DNA of 64,000 nt. It comes from a virus. This document shows positions 38,045-47,076 of this stretch, piece after piece. The position numbers were made by a program, and so were the translations under genes. The notes under the pieces are model-generated. The model was not told the origin of the DNA and made no database searches. It saw only the letters and a list, made by a program, of their open reading frames with translations. Within the stretch, counting starts at the first letter, position 1. Each line of letters starts with the position of its first letter. Where the stretch lies: positions 5,020 to 69,019 of the IMG/VR virus record IMGVR_UViG_3300025151_006410. The stretch is one strand, 5' to 3'.

Positions 38045-38422
38045 TCAATTAGTTTTTTTAGGTGGATTACCGTTTTTAACATATCCAACAGTTTCACGTT
38101 GAATATCATCATGACTAAATTCAGCCCAATACAGCTCAAATGCAACACCGTCTTTGACTCCTTCGAACTGATGATACACACCTGGTTTTACCTGGCAAAA
38201 ATCACCTGCTTTTAGATGTGTTTCATCTACAAGGTCATAATCATTTTGCCAAACTCTTACAATCATTTCTCCTGATTCCACAAAGAATCCATTCCATTTG
38301 AATGCATGTTTGTGCTTGGAACATGTGCCTTTTGCTTTGTACTCTATTCTATGAAATTCTAATACACCATTTGCGTGTACTAGTTCTGTTTGTCCCCAAA
38401 TTTTACCTGCTATTTTGCTCAT
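38045..38422 (-). CDS. cupin-domain protein
   Basis: KIWG, SKHKH..K.NGFFVESG, PGVYHQF. Confidence 0.8.
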   Translation of the reverse strand: MSKIAGKIWGQTELVHANGVLEFHRIEYKAKGTCSKHKHAFKWNGFFVESGEMIVRVWQNDYDLVDETHLKAGDFCQVKPGVYHQFEGVKDGVAFELYWAEFSHDDIQRETVGYVKNGNPPKKTN

Positions 38423-38442
38423 GCAAGTAATTATGTGGTGGT

Positions 38443-38790
38443 TTAAAAATTAAGTTGTATCTTGGTCACTGATCCAGTGGTCACTGTAGTTGATGATCTT
38501 ACCCACACAAAGTTACCTGTAAAGTTAATGTATTGTGTTGCTACCACTGAAGAGCCATCTCCTACTGATGTTCCGTCGATGTCAAACCAATCTGTTGATT
38601 CTGGATTTGTTGCAAGGGATGCCTGCATTTTAATTGTACCTACAAAGTCAGATGATGTAATGTAAGCAACTGTGTGTAAACCGTCTGCGTTGCCATAATA
38701 ACCGTCTGCTTTTACTTTATCAGACACTGTTGCGGCTGTAGAGTCAGCGGCGTCTACTTGTGATTGTACTGTTACTGATGCTGTTGGCAT
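38443..38790 (-). CDS. putative virion structural protein
   Basis: TAAATA 5 nt upstream; GYYG..DGLHTV, QASLA..P...DWFDI, NFTGNFVWVR. Confidence 0.65.
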   Translation of the reverse strand: MPTASVTVQSQVDAADSTAATVSDKVKADGYYGNADGLHTVAYITSSDFVGTIKMQASLATNPESTDWFDIDGTSVGDGSSVVATQYINFTGNFVWVRSSTTVTTGSVTKIQLNF

Positions 38791-38798
38791 GTAGCTAT

Positions 38799-39083
38799 TT
38801 ATAGGTTCATCTCAGGGAACAAGCGTCTTATTGTAGGCTGATCCATTCCATTGATTTCGTGTATTTTGTTTGAGCTTACTACATGTGTCTTCAAATTCTC
38901 AGGATCACACCCTTTTACATACAAGTTGCCTTTATCAGATTCTGCCCACTCTTCAAACAGTATGTTTTTCTCTAAAATTACTGGCTGTCCACCTAGCCCG
39001 TGTACCCTTATAGTTGCGTTTATTAATGAATTCTTTTTAACAAACTCGTTGTCTATCATGTACTTTACTATTTCTCGTTTCAT
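38799..39083 (-). CDS. hypothetical protein
   Basis: likely start MKREIV. Confidence 0.55.
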   Translation of the reverse strand: MKREIVKYMIDNEFVKKNSLINATIRVHGLGGQPVILEKNILFEEWAESDKGNLYVKGCDPENLKTHVVSSNKIHEINGMDQPTIRRLFPEMNL

Positions 39084-39090
39084 TATTAAC

Positions 39091-41307
39091 CTATCCGTTG
39101 ATTGTAAATTCTTTTGTTTTCTGATCATATGTAACTGTTACAGATGATTTTTTAATATCTTGGAACAATAGTTGTTTACTCAGAGGTAATTTAATTCTGT
39201 TTGTAATTACTCTTTGCAATGGTCTTGCTCCCATTTTGGTGTCAAACCCTTCTTCGATCAGCTGTTCTTTTGCACTCTTGTCTAGTTTTAGTTTGACTTT
39301 TTTGTCAGCTAGTTGATCGTTCAATTGACTAATAAATTTGTCTACAATGTTTTTCATAACTTTTTTGTCTAATGATTTGAATCTCAGCACACCATCTAGT
39401 CTGTTTCTGAACTCTGGCGAAAAGAAATTTTTAATATCAACTTCGCCGTCATGTGTTTGCCCATCAACAAAGCCTAGTGTATTAGCCTGCATATCTTCAG
39501 CACCTAAGTTAGATGTCATTAATAATATTGCATTACCGAGTCTTACTTTTTTGCCATTAGATGATGTTATTACTGCATCATCCATAGCTTGTAAAAGTAT
39601 TGTCATCACATCCCTATGTGCTTTTTCAACCTCATCAAACAATATTACTGAGTTAGGGTGTTTTTCTAATTCATTTATAAGTTGTCCAGAACCAGTGTTT
39701 CCATCATCATACCCAACATACCCTGGAGGTGCTCCGATTAACTTTGCTACAGAATGTTTTTCTTGATATTCACTCATATCAAATTTGACAAGTGGAATAC
39801 CCATTCCTTCAGCTAATTTACGGGCTGTTTCAGTTTTCCCACAACCAGTAGGTCCTACACACAAAAATGATCCAATTGGTTTGTTTTCTTGTTTCAGTCC
39901 AGCTTGTGCTACCAACACAGTATCAACTAATTTTTCAATAACTTCGTCTTGCCCAAATACTTGCTGTTTAATTGTTTTATCAAGATTTTCTAAAGACTGT
40001 GTTTTTGTTTGCACTATTGAATCAAAACTAACACCTGATATTTTTGCAACTTGTTCTTGTATATCTGTCATCTCTACGTCTTTAAATGCATCAAATATTT
40101 TTGCTTTTGAACAAGCTCTATCTAATACATCAATTGCTTTGTCTGGCAACTGTCTGTCAGTAATATATTTTACAGATAAGTCAACAGATCCTGCCACCGC
40201 ATCGTCGGAGATTTGAACATTATGATATGCTTCAAACTGAGTTTTCAATCCTGCCATAATTTGTTTTGCGTGTTCTATGCTAGGCTCTTCTATGTTTACT
40301 TTTCCAAATCTACGCATTAAAGCACGATCTTTTTCAAAGTGCTTTCTATATTCTTCCCATGTTGTTGAAGCAATAACTTTAAGGTCACCTCTAGCTAGGG
40401 AAGGTTTTAAAAGGTTTGCAAGATCAACACCGCCTTGGCCACCTGATCCTGCACCGTGCATCATGTGTGCTTCGTCGATAAACATGATAGCTTTTTCATG
40501 TTTTTCTAGTATCCCTAACAGCACTTTTAACCGTTCTTCGAAATCTCCTCTGTATTTGGAACCAGCTATTAATGACCCCACATCAACAGAATAAATTGTG
40601 TGATCTTTTATCACATCAGGAACTTTGTTTGCAACAATCATATGTGCTAGTCCTTCAGCAATAGCTGTTTTTCCGACACCTGGATCGCCTATCATGATTA
40701 CGTTGTTTTTTACTTTACGTCCTAATACCAAAGTGATCTCATCAACAACATCTTGCCTTCCTATGCAAGTAAATGTTTTGTTGTTTTTTGCCTGTTCATT
40801 CAAATTAACTGTGTATTGACTTAATATTTTTGAAGCTTGCTTAGAACTTACTTTTGCTTCTTCGAGATCTTCTATCCCATATTCTACTGTGTAGTCAACC
40901 ACCGCTTTTTTTGTTATATTGTTTTTCAGCAGATAATAAACTGCATGAGAATTTTTTTCGCCATACATTGAACTTAAAATATGGAAACAATTAACATGCT
41001 CGTGACCTGTGAAAATAGCCTGTGTAAATGCCCTATTCACGCAACGATCTGTGCTCTGTGTTCTTTTAGGATACACATCCTCTTTTGTTTTAATTTCATT
41101 TAGTCTATTTTGCACATAATCATCTAACTCATTAACAAGTGTATCATATTGATGGTTTGGAAAAGTTTTCATCATTTCTGATATTTCAGGCTGAGCAACT
41201 AAAATTTTCAACAGGTGCTCTAAAGTAATGTATTCATGATGATGTTCTCTAGCCAATTTAACTGCTTCGTCAAAAATACCTTTAAGTCTATCGTCTGCTT
41301 GTATCAT
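39091..41307 (-). CDS. clpA: ATP-dependent Clp protease ATP-binding subunit ClpA-like
   Basis: Clp N-domain HEYITLEHLL; two AAA modules (GDPGVGKT, GPTGCGKT); DMSEY, LIGAPPGYVG, PEFRNR, GARPL; no ClpB-type middle domain. Confidence 0.9.
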   Translation of the reverse strand: MIQADDRLKGIFDEAVKLAREHHHEYITLEHLLKILVAQPEISEMMKTFPNHQYDTLVNELDDYVQNRLNEIKTKEDVYPKRTQSTDRCVNRAFTQAIFTGHEHVNCFHILSSMYGEKNSHAVYYLLKNNITKKAVVDYTVEYGIEDLEEAKVSSKQASKILSQYTVNLNEQAKNNKTFTCIGRQDVVDEITLVLGRKVKNNVIMIGDPGVGKTAIAEGLAHMIVANKVPDVIKDHTIYSVDVGSLIAGSKYRGDFEERLKVLLGILEKHEKAIMFIDEAHMMHGAGSGGQGGVDLANLLKPSLARGDLKVIASTTWEEYRKHFEKDRALMRRFGKVNIEEPSIEHAKQIMAGLKTQFEAYHNVQISDDAVAGSVDLSVKYITDRQLPDKAIDVLDRACSKAKIFDAFKDVEMTDIQEQVAKISGVSFDSIVQTKTQSLENLDKTIKQQVFGQDEVIEKLVDTVLVAQAGLKQENKPIGSFLCVGPTGCGKTETARKLAEGMGIPLVKFDMSEYQEKHSVAKLIGAPPGYVGYDDGNTGSGQLINELEKHPNSVILFDEVEKAHRDVMTILLQAMDDAVITSSNGKKVRLGNAILLMTSNLGAEDMQANTLGFVDGQTHDGEVDIKNFFSPEFRNRLDGVLRFKSLDKKVMKNIVDKFISQLNDQLADKKVKLKLDKSAKEQLIEEGFDTKMGARPLQRVITNRIKLPLSKQLLFQDIKKSSVTVTYDQKTKEFTING

Positions 41308-41824
41308 GCTTATTCATTATCTCCATATTTGCTTTACGTTGTTTTTTTCTTGCCATATCTAATTTTAATTTACTTGCATAATCAATAAAAAGTTTGCCAT
41401 CCAAATGATCAATTTCATGTTGTATGCATTGTGCCCACATATTCTCGAATCTGTCAACTCTTTTTTCTAACTTTTCATCATACCATTCAACATCAATAAT
41501 TTTTGGTCTTTTTACTTTGAAAAAAAGATTTGGAAAAGACAAACAGCCTTCTTCAAGTAATTGTGTTTCTTCTGAGAATGCAGTTATACGTGGATTGATA
41601 AATGTTTTTTTACCATACATTACAAACATTCTTATATCAATGTTAACTTGATTGGCGGCAAGTCCTATGCCATTTGCTTTCTGCATAGTCCAATCCATTA
41701 GGTCTGCAATTTTATCCCATTCTAAATCTTGTGTAATGTCTGTTTCTGCTAAGGTATGACGCAATACATCATTGCCTTCTAGATTTATTTTAAGAATAGG
41801 TGATTCCGATATTTCTGATGTCAT
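41288..41824 (-). CDS. def: peptide deformylase
   Basis: GIGLAANQV, EGCLS, QHEIDHLDG. Confidence 0.95.
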   Translation of the reverse strand: MTSEISESPILKINLEGNDVLRHTLAETDITQDLEWDKIADLMDWTMQKANGIGLAANQVNIDIRMFVMYGKKTFINPRITAFSEETQLLEEGCLSFPNLFFKVKRPKIIDVEWYDEKLEKRVDRFENMWAQCIQHEIDHLDGKLFIDYASKLKLDMARKKQRKANMEIMNKHDTSRR

Positions 41825-42614
41825 CTTTATCCTTTTGTGTTAAGTTGTTTGGAATGCTTACCAAAATATGAATATACAAATGTCCTGCTTGTTTATGTAC
41901 ATTTTTCATTCCGTGTTCTGGTATCCTCATAATTGTACCTGGTTGTGTACCTGGATGTACTTTTAATTTAATTGTTTTACCATCTATGGTAGCCACATCA
42001 ATTGTTTTTCCTAGCATAGCATCAAAGCAGTTTACAGTTTCTTCTACGTGTATGTCTAGTCTTTTTCTTTTGTAGCGAGCATGTGGTTTCACATAGACCC
42101 TAACCAATAGATCTCCGGGTGGTGCTTCACGTATTTGATCCATACCTAATTTAGGGTATTTTATAGACTGCCCGTTGTCAATTCCTGCAGGAATATCAAT
42201 AGACATTGTTTTGCCTGTTTCCTTTATTTTTACTTGTTTGCTAATGCCTTTGTACACTTCTTCTAATGTGCATTCGATTGAAATTTGCAAATTTTTATTA
42301 CGTGGGCGTCTTTGTTGCCAACGTTGTCTTGGGCCACCCCCAAAAAATGATTCAAACATCTCAGCCATATCAAATGCATTTCCATTAAAATTAAATGAAT
42401 GATTACCTTGACCAAACTGTTGACTCATGTCATACTGTTGTCTTTTTTCCGCAGTTTTTATTTGTTCGTAAGCACTCGATATTTCCTTAAATTTTGCTTC
42501 ATTACCACCACGGTCAGGATGATGTTGCTTTGCTAAATTTTTATATGCATTTTTGATTTGAGAATCAGTAGAACTTTTGTTCACTCCTAAGACAGTATAT
42601 GGATCCATGCTCAT
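41790..42614 (-). CDS. DnaJ-class (CbpA-like, no Zn finger) co-chaperone
   Basis: J-domain HHPDRGG, G/F-rich linker, DnaJ C-terminal domains. Confidence 0.92.
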   Translation of the reverse strand: MSMDPYTVLGVNKSSTDSQIKNAYKNLAKQHHPDRGGNEAKFKEISSAYEQIKTAEKRQQYDMSQQFGQGNHSFNFNGNAFDMAEMFESFFGGGPRQRWQQRRPRNKNLQISIECTLEEVYKGISKQVKIKETGKTMSIDIPAGIDNGQSIKYPKLGMDQIREAPPGDLLVRVYVKPHARYKRKRLDIHVEETVNCFDAMLGKTIDVATIDGKTIKLKVHPGTQPGTIMRIPEHGMKNVHKQAGHLYIHILVSIPNNLTQKDKDDIRNIGITYS

Positions 42615-42655
42615 AGTATATTATATAATACTTAGATGTCAACAATACTAGTAGT

Positions 42656-42997
42656 TTACTTCTTGCTAGTGCCAGCGTATAAACCAAACCATGCCGCACC
42701 AGCCCCTACTACTACTGAAATCAATCCTGATTGTTCCAGTGTAGGTGCTTCTAATTCCATATACCATATCACACATTTGTACAATAAAATTATGTATGTT
42801 GTAATAAAAATACGTGGAAATATACGCCATTGGTCAAACGCTTTTGCCATATGTATCCACCATTGAAATGGATTTGGACCAACATCTTTTGTATGGGTAT
42901 CAACTTCAAGTTCTACTGTTACTTTCTTTTTAACAGAGTCCTTAGAAGCAGGTACTTCGATTTGGTCTTCTTTTTTAATGTCTTCTGTATCAGCCAT
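42656..42997 (-). CDS. two-TM membrane protein (holin candidate)
   Basis: WRIFPR, two TM helices, at end of lysis region. Confidence 0.55.
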   Translation of the reverse strand: MADTEDIKKEDQIEVPASKDSVKKKVTVELEVDTHTKDVGPNPFQWWIHMAKAFDQWRIFPRIFITTYIILLYKCVIWYMELEAPTLEQSGLISVVVGAGAAWFGLYAGTSKK

Positions 42998-43006
42998 AAT
43001 GTGTAA

Positions 43007-43031
43007 GTGACGGCAGGTTTACTGCCATCAC
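43007..43031 (-). promoter_or_regulatory. 10-bp hairpin between a late promoter and the 42997 start (terminator or leader structure)
   Basis: GTGATGGCAG-TAAAC-CTGCCGTCAC; TAAATA at 43034-43039. Confidence 0.5.
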
Positions 43032-43039
43032 ATTATTTA

Positions 43040-43198
43040 CTAATCTTTCTTAAAAATTTGCCACAATGCGTAAGCTACACCAACGTAAGCGATCATTTTT
43101 GCTAAGCCGCCAAATGCGATCACTAACAGGCAAGCAATTAGTATAACTCCGCCATTCATTGTGCTAACTTCTTTTATTCGTGATTTGATGTAATCCAT
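43040..43198 (-). CDS. small membrane protein (52 aa, not in ORF track)
   Basis: MDYIKSRIKEVSTMNGGVILIACLLVIAFGGLAKMIAYVGVAYALWQIFRKD; TGATG coupling. Confidence 0.7.
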   Translation of the reverse strand: MDYIKSRIKEVSTMNGGVILIACLLVIAFGGLAKMIAYVGVAYALWQIFKKD

Positions 43199-43479
43199 CA
43201 TTTTTGCTTCTCCAATTTTTTGATCCTTTTTTCAAGTTCATCTATTTTCTTTGTAACATAAGGATATTTTTTACGCCAAGCATCTGTGGGTTGTTCTAAC
43301 CAAGTCCAACCCCAACGTTCTACAAAGTAGTCTAATATGCGGTCAAACCATCCGTACAGCCACAGGCCTATGCGTGTGCTTTTAAAATATGTGGAGAATG
43401 CCAATCCAAATAAAGATCCAACTAAAGCTGTGTATATCCACAGCCTGTCAGAAGCCATTCTTTCAATCATTTCCCACAT
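43198..43479 (-). CDS. membrane-anchored hypothetical protein
   Basis: N-terminal TM, C-terminal coiled coil; TAAATA at 43488-43493. Confidence 0.7.
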   Translation of the reverse strand: MWEMIERMASDRLWIYTALVGSLFGLAFSTYFKSTRIGLWLYGWFDRILDYFVERWGWTWLEQPTDAWRKKYPYVTKKIDELEKRIKKLEKQK

Positions 43480-43490
43480 TGTAGTATTAT

Positions 43491-43901
43491 TTATTGGGGT
43501 GGCAAGTCTTCAACTGCTACAGGTTCGTAATAGTCTTTGTATGCTATAATAACATTTCTATGTTCAGCTATTGCTGTTCTGATTTCAGCAAAGTTCTTAG
43601 CTAATAGTTCATAACCATCTTGGTTCAGTGCAAACAGCACAACTTCGCCTTTTGGATTTTCAGCCAACTTAGCCCAGACTTCTTCAGCATTTTCAGGTGT
43701 AATGATTATCCATTCAACGTCTTTTAATTTTAATGGCTCTGGTAAATCAATGTTTATTGGTGTTTTAGGTTCCGGCCTGTTTAAAACTTCTATTGTTTTT
43801 ACTGCTGTGGTACAGCTTGATAATAAAAATGCGCCAAGCAATATTACTAATATTATTACGCCCCTGCCTACATGTCTGTTCATAAGTTCTTTTCTTTCCA
43901 T
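43491..43901 (-). CDS. o-spanin (Rz1-like lipoprotein)
   Basis: lipobox LSSC, Pro-rich linker, overlaps i-spanin. Confidence 0.75.
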   Translation of the reverse strand: MERKELMNRHVGRGVIILVILLGAFLLSSCTTAVKTIEVLNRPEPKTPINIDLPEPLKLKDVEWIIITPENAEEVWAKLAENPKGEVVLFALNQDGYELLAKNFAEIRTAIAEHRNVIIAYKDYYEPVAVEDLPPQ

Positions 43902-44374
43902 GCATCTGATTGTGCATGAGGATCAAAATTTGGATTAGCAATTTGCCAACATTCAGGATTGATCTCACTTGGTTTTGATGCATTTAGTTCATCTTCTGTG
44001 AGTTCAGCGCCTGACACAATCTCAGCACATCTGTTTGCATTGTTACTTGCATTATTAATTACCTTCTCAACTAAACTTGGTTTGTTTTCTGCAAGCACAC
44101 CAAGGTCATGTCTGCCAAGTTTGTCAGCTAATGTTTTTTCTGATGCTTTGAGCTTTGCATTCTTATCTTCTAAATCTTTGTTAATCTTTTGTATTTTTTC
44201 AAAATCCTGTTTCATTTGCTTGACCAGAGCTTGTTGCTCGCCTACTGCTGTTTCTAGTTTAGCATTGTTGGCTTCAGAAATTTTCAAGTCAGCTTGTAGT
44301 TTTTGCACATAGAAATATCCTCCTGCACCGCCGGCTATGACAAAGAGCATTAACATTAATTTAATTTGAAACAT
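43880..44374 (-). CDS. i-spanin (Rz-like)
   Basis: N-terminal TM then long coiled coil; between endolysin and lipoprotein. Confidence 0.75.
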   Translation of the reverse strand: MFQIKLMLMLFVIAGGAGGYFYVQKLQADLKISEANNAKLETAVGEQQALVKQMKQDFEKIQKINKDLEDKNAKLKASEKTLADKLGRHDLGVLAENKPSLVEKVINNASNNANRCAEIVSGAELTEDELNASKPSEINPECWQIANPNFDPHAQSDAWKEKNL

Positions 44375-44531
44375 TATTAAAATCCCATCTGCTATTTTTT
44401 AGATAATCAGTATCTTCATATCTTGGGTGTTCGCAAATAATCACTTCTATCTCCTTACCGTCTCCATCAATATGTGTTTCAACTAATCTGCTATCGTGAT
44501 ATCGTCCGCAATTTTGGCAAACTTTGTTCAT
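44361..44531 (-). CDS. small Cys/His protein
   Basis: MNKVCQNCGRYH...IICEH; ATGA overlap with endolysin stop. Confidence 0.55.
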   Translation of the reverse strand: MNKVCQNCGRYHDSRLVETHIDGDGKEIEVIICEHPRYEDTDYLKNSRWDFNNVSN

Positions 44532-45037
44532 ATAAGTGTCAAAGCAAGTTCTGTTGTTTCGTTTACTCTTCTTGTCCAACCTTTACCGAAAGTATCAAAT
44601 GTTGATAAAGATTCATAATATTTTTGACGTTCTTGTTGATAATTTTTGATCGCTTGTTCTTGGCCTACGTCTTCAATGTAACTAGACACTGCTTTTAAAG
44701 TGTTAGGCCCAATGCCGCCGTCAGCTACAGTACCTATCATGGTTTGTAGATACTTGGCCGCTCTACCTGGTCCTGCATTAACACCAAAGTCAAATACACA
44801 CAGATCTAAGCCTCCAGGTAAATCGTCACCTTTCATTTTGTTCCAGTATCCTTTTTTGTATATTGGTGCAACATCTTCAACTGTTAGATCTTTCATATCT
44901 TTTGTGCCACCATGTTCTTCATACACTCTTTTGGTCACGCCAAGATTAGTTTCACCACCTGGATCTTTTGGATGATTTACATAACCACCTTCGTGATGCA
45001 GGATTGCTTCTAAGCACTTATCATAATTTTGTTGCAT
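44528..45037 (-). CDS. endolysin, glycoside hydrolase family 108 with PG-binding domain
   Basis: HEGGYVNHPKDPGGETNLGVT, DGGIGPNT, FGKGWTRR. Confidence 0.93.
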   Translation of the reverse strand: MQQNYDKCLEAILHHEGGYVNHPKDPGGETNLGVTKRVYEEHGGTKDMKDLTVEDVAPIYKKGYWNKMKGDDLPGGLDLCVFDFGVNAGPGRAAKYLQTMIGTVADGGIGPNTLKAVSSYIEDVGQEQAIKNYQQERQKYYESLSTFDTFGKGWTRRVNETTELALTLI

Positions 45038-45753
45038 TACAGCTCCTCTGATTTAAGAATAATGTTTTTGTTTTGTTTGCCAATCTTAAACATATCATCA
45101 ACTTTAACTATGTGATATAAGTTACCTAGCCAATTGTTTAAGTATTCTGCTTGTGATGAGGACGATTCATCAATTCTAAATATTCCATTGATTTCTTTTT
45201 GTGGAACATTTACGCCTTCGATAATAAACTTGTGTTTGTTGTATAATGTTTTCATTATCAACTCTTTGCCATTTCTTTTTACTGTGGCTTTTGATTCTTT
45301 GAATAGTGTATTAATATCTTCATCAATTGCATCATCAGTTAAAAATGTATATTGTTCGGGTGATGTTGGAATAATGTTGTTTAGATTTTGTTCATCTAAA
45401 TGATAAAAATCATCTTCTTTGTGAAATCTAAACTTCCATGGCAACATGCCAGTGACTTGTTCACAGTCTCTAACCAGCTTCATAATGTTTTGTGGTAACT
45501 CTTCATTGCGTTCAACTTCAACAAATACATTGTATTTCTTTTGTGTATTTTTAGCTGGAGAATAATCTGCGTCTAGTATGTAATCATGTCCTGACTCAAT
45601 AAATTGTACCAAGTCACTTGCAACGTCTTTATTGTCTGATTGAAATTGAATTACTGACACATCTTCGTCACGTCCTAATTTAGCCTGAAAAGCATCAATC
45701 ACAACTTCAGGACTTACGTGATTAGACATTTCTAAATTTCTAATTGATTTCAT
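45037..45753 (-). CDS. hypothetical phage protein
   Basis: 238 aa ORF in late operon. Confidence 0.7.
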   Translation of the reverse strand: MKSIRNLEMSNHVSPEVVIDAFQAKLGRDEDVSVIQFQSDNKDVASDLVQFIESGHDYILDADYSPAKNTQKKYNVFVEVERNEELPQNIMKLVRDCEQVTGMLPWKFRFHKEDDFYHLDEQNLNNIIPTSPEQYTFLTDDAIDEDINTLFKESKATVKRNGKELIMKTLYNKHKFIIEGVNVPQKEINGIFRIDESSSSQAEYLNNWLGNLYHIVKVDDMFKIGKQNKNIILKSEEL

Positions 45754-46226
45754 AGTTCAGATGCATCTTGTGTTGATTGGTCAACTGCCATACCAGAAAC
45801 AGTCTTTGCTGGTTTTGTTTCAGCATTGAAATCTTCTATAACTGTTTTTGGTACAGTAATACGTACCAACCAAACTGGTTGTTCTTCTAGTTTTGCTTTT
45901 CTTGTTCCTGGTCTAAAGTCAGCATATGACTTTATTTTTTTTGGACTTAATCTTATGTCTTTTTTGTACTCAACTTTGGCACCTAGATTTAGCAATCTTT
46001 TGCCAGCTTCTGGGTCAGGCATATCTGCTTGTTCCCACATAAAAGTTGCTGATACGTCATATTTGGTATCGTGCGGCCCATCGACTATTTCGCCTTTGGA
46101 CCAGTTTTTATATGCGTACATATTAACATCATCCATTACTTTTTCCATGCTGATAATAGAATTAATTATATTGTCTGAAGCATATATTTTTTTAATGTTG
46201 CGTATAATTTCTAGGGTTTGTATCAT
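45750..46226 (-). CDS. hypothetical phage protein
   Basis: 158 aa; YAYKNW..GEIVDGP, MPDPEAG; TAAATA at 46234-46239. Confidence 0.72.
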   Translation of the reverse strand: MIQTLEIIRNIKKIYASDNIINSIISMEKVMDDVNMYAYKNWSKGEIVDGPHDTKYDVSATFMWEQADMPDPEAGKRLLNLGAKVEYKKDIRLSPKKIKSYADFRPGTRKAKLEEQPVWLVRITVPKTVIEDFNAETKPAKTVSGMAVDQSTQDASEL

Positions 46227-46368
46227 AGTAAATTATTTATCGATCTGCTGTTTGCCAACAGTTTTTTTATTATAACATCACTTATATTTGATTTGTACAT
46301 TTTAAATATTTTTATATGCGTTCGCATAAAAACAACAAAATCAATTACAACATTAGATCGGAGGCGTT

Positions 46369-47058
46369 ATGAGTCGGAAAAAAACCGTACTATCTTTTCA
46401 AGAATTACAAAATGAATATTCACGTTATGAGGTTAAACCAAGGTCTATCAATCAGCAAGCATATTGGAATATGCTTAGAGATGATCAAACATCAATTGTT
46501 ATTGCACATGGCCCAGCTGGAAGTGGCAAAACACTACTGGCCACCCAGTATGGCATTGATCTAATGAAACTACAAAGGATTGAAAAAATTGTTATTACAC
46601 GCCCTGTGGTAGGTGCAGACGAGGACATAGGGTTTTTACCTGGTAATGTCAACAGGAAAATGGAACCATGGACTAGGCCACTAATAGATATATTCCACAA
46701 AAACTATACCATAAACAGAGTACAAAAAATGATCAGAGATGAGCAAATTGAAATAGCTCCATTGGCTTTCATGCGTGGAAGGACATTTGAAAATGCTTAT
46801 ATTATTGCTGATGAAATGCAAAATACAACAATTAATCAGTTTAAAATGCTAGTTACACGCATAGGTGAAGGATCAAAACTTGTAATTACAGGTGATTTAG
46901 AACAAACTGATAGAGGTAGTGCAAATGGTCTAGCAGATTTCCTACAAAAACTGCACAGTGCTGATTCAAAATATATTAACAGTGTTCGGCTACAAGCACA
47001 TGATATTCAACGACATCAAGCAGTTAGTGAAGCTTTATCCCTATACAAAGCCAGTTAG
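46369..47058 (+). CDS. phoH: PhoH family ATPase
   Basis: GPAGSGKT, ITRP, GFLPG, FMRGRTF, ADEMQN, TRIG, TGDLEQTD. Confidence 0.95.
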   Translation: MSRKKTVLSFQELQNEYSRYEVKPRSINQQAYWNMLRDDQTSIVIAHGPAGSGKTLLATQYGIDLMKLQRIEKIVITRPVVGADEDIGFLPGNVNRKMEPWTRPLIDIFHKNYTINRVQKMIRDEQIEIAPLAFMRGRTFENAYIIADEMQNTTINQFKMLVTRIGEGSKLVITGDLEQTDRGSANGLADFLQKLHSADSKYINSVRLQAHDIQRHQAVSEALSLYKAS

Positions 47059-47076
47059 GAGCGTTAAATATATACA

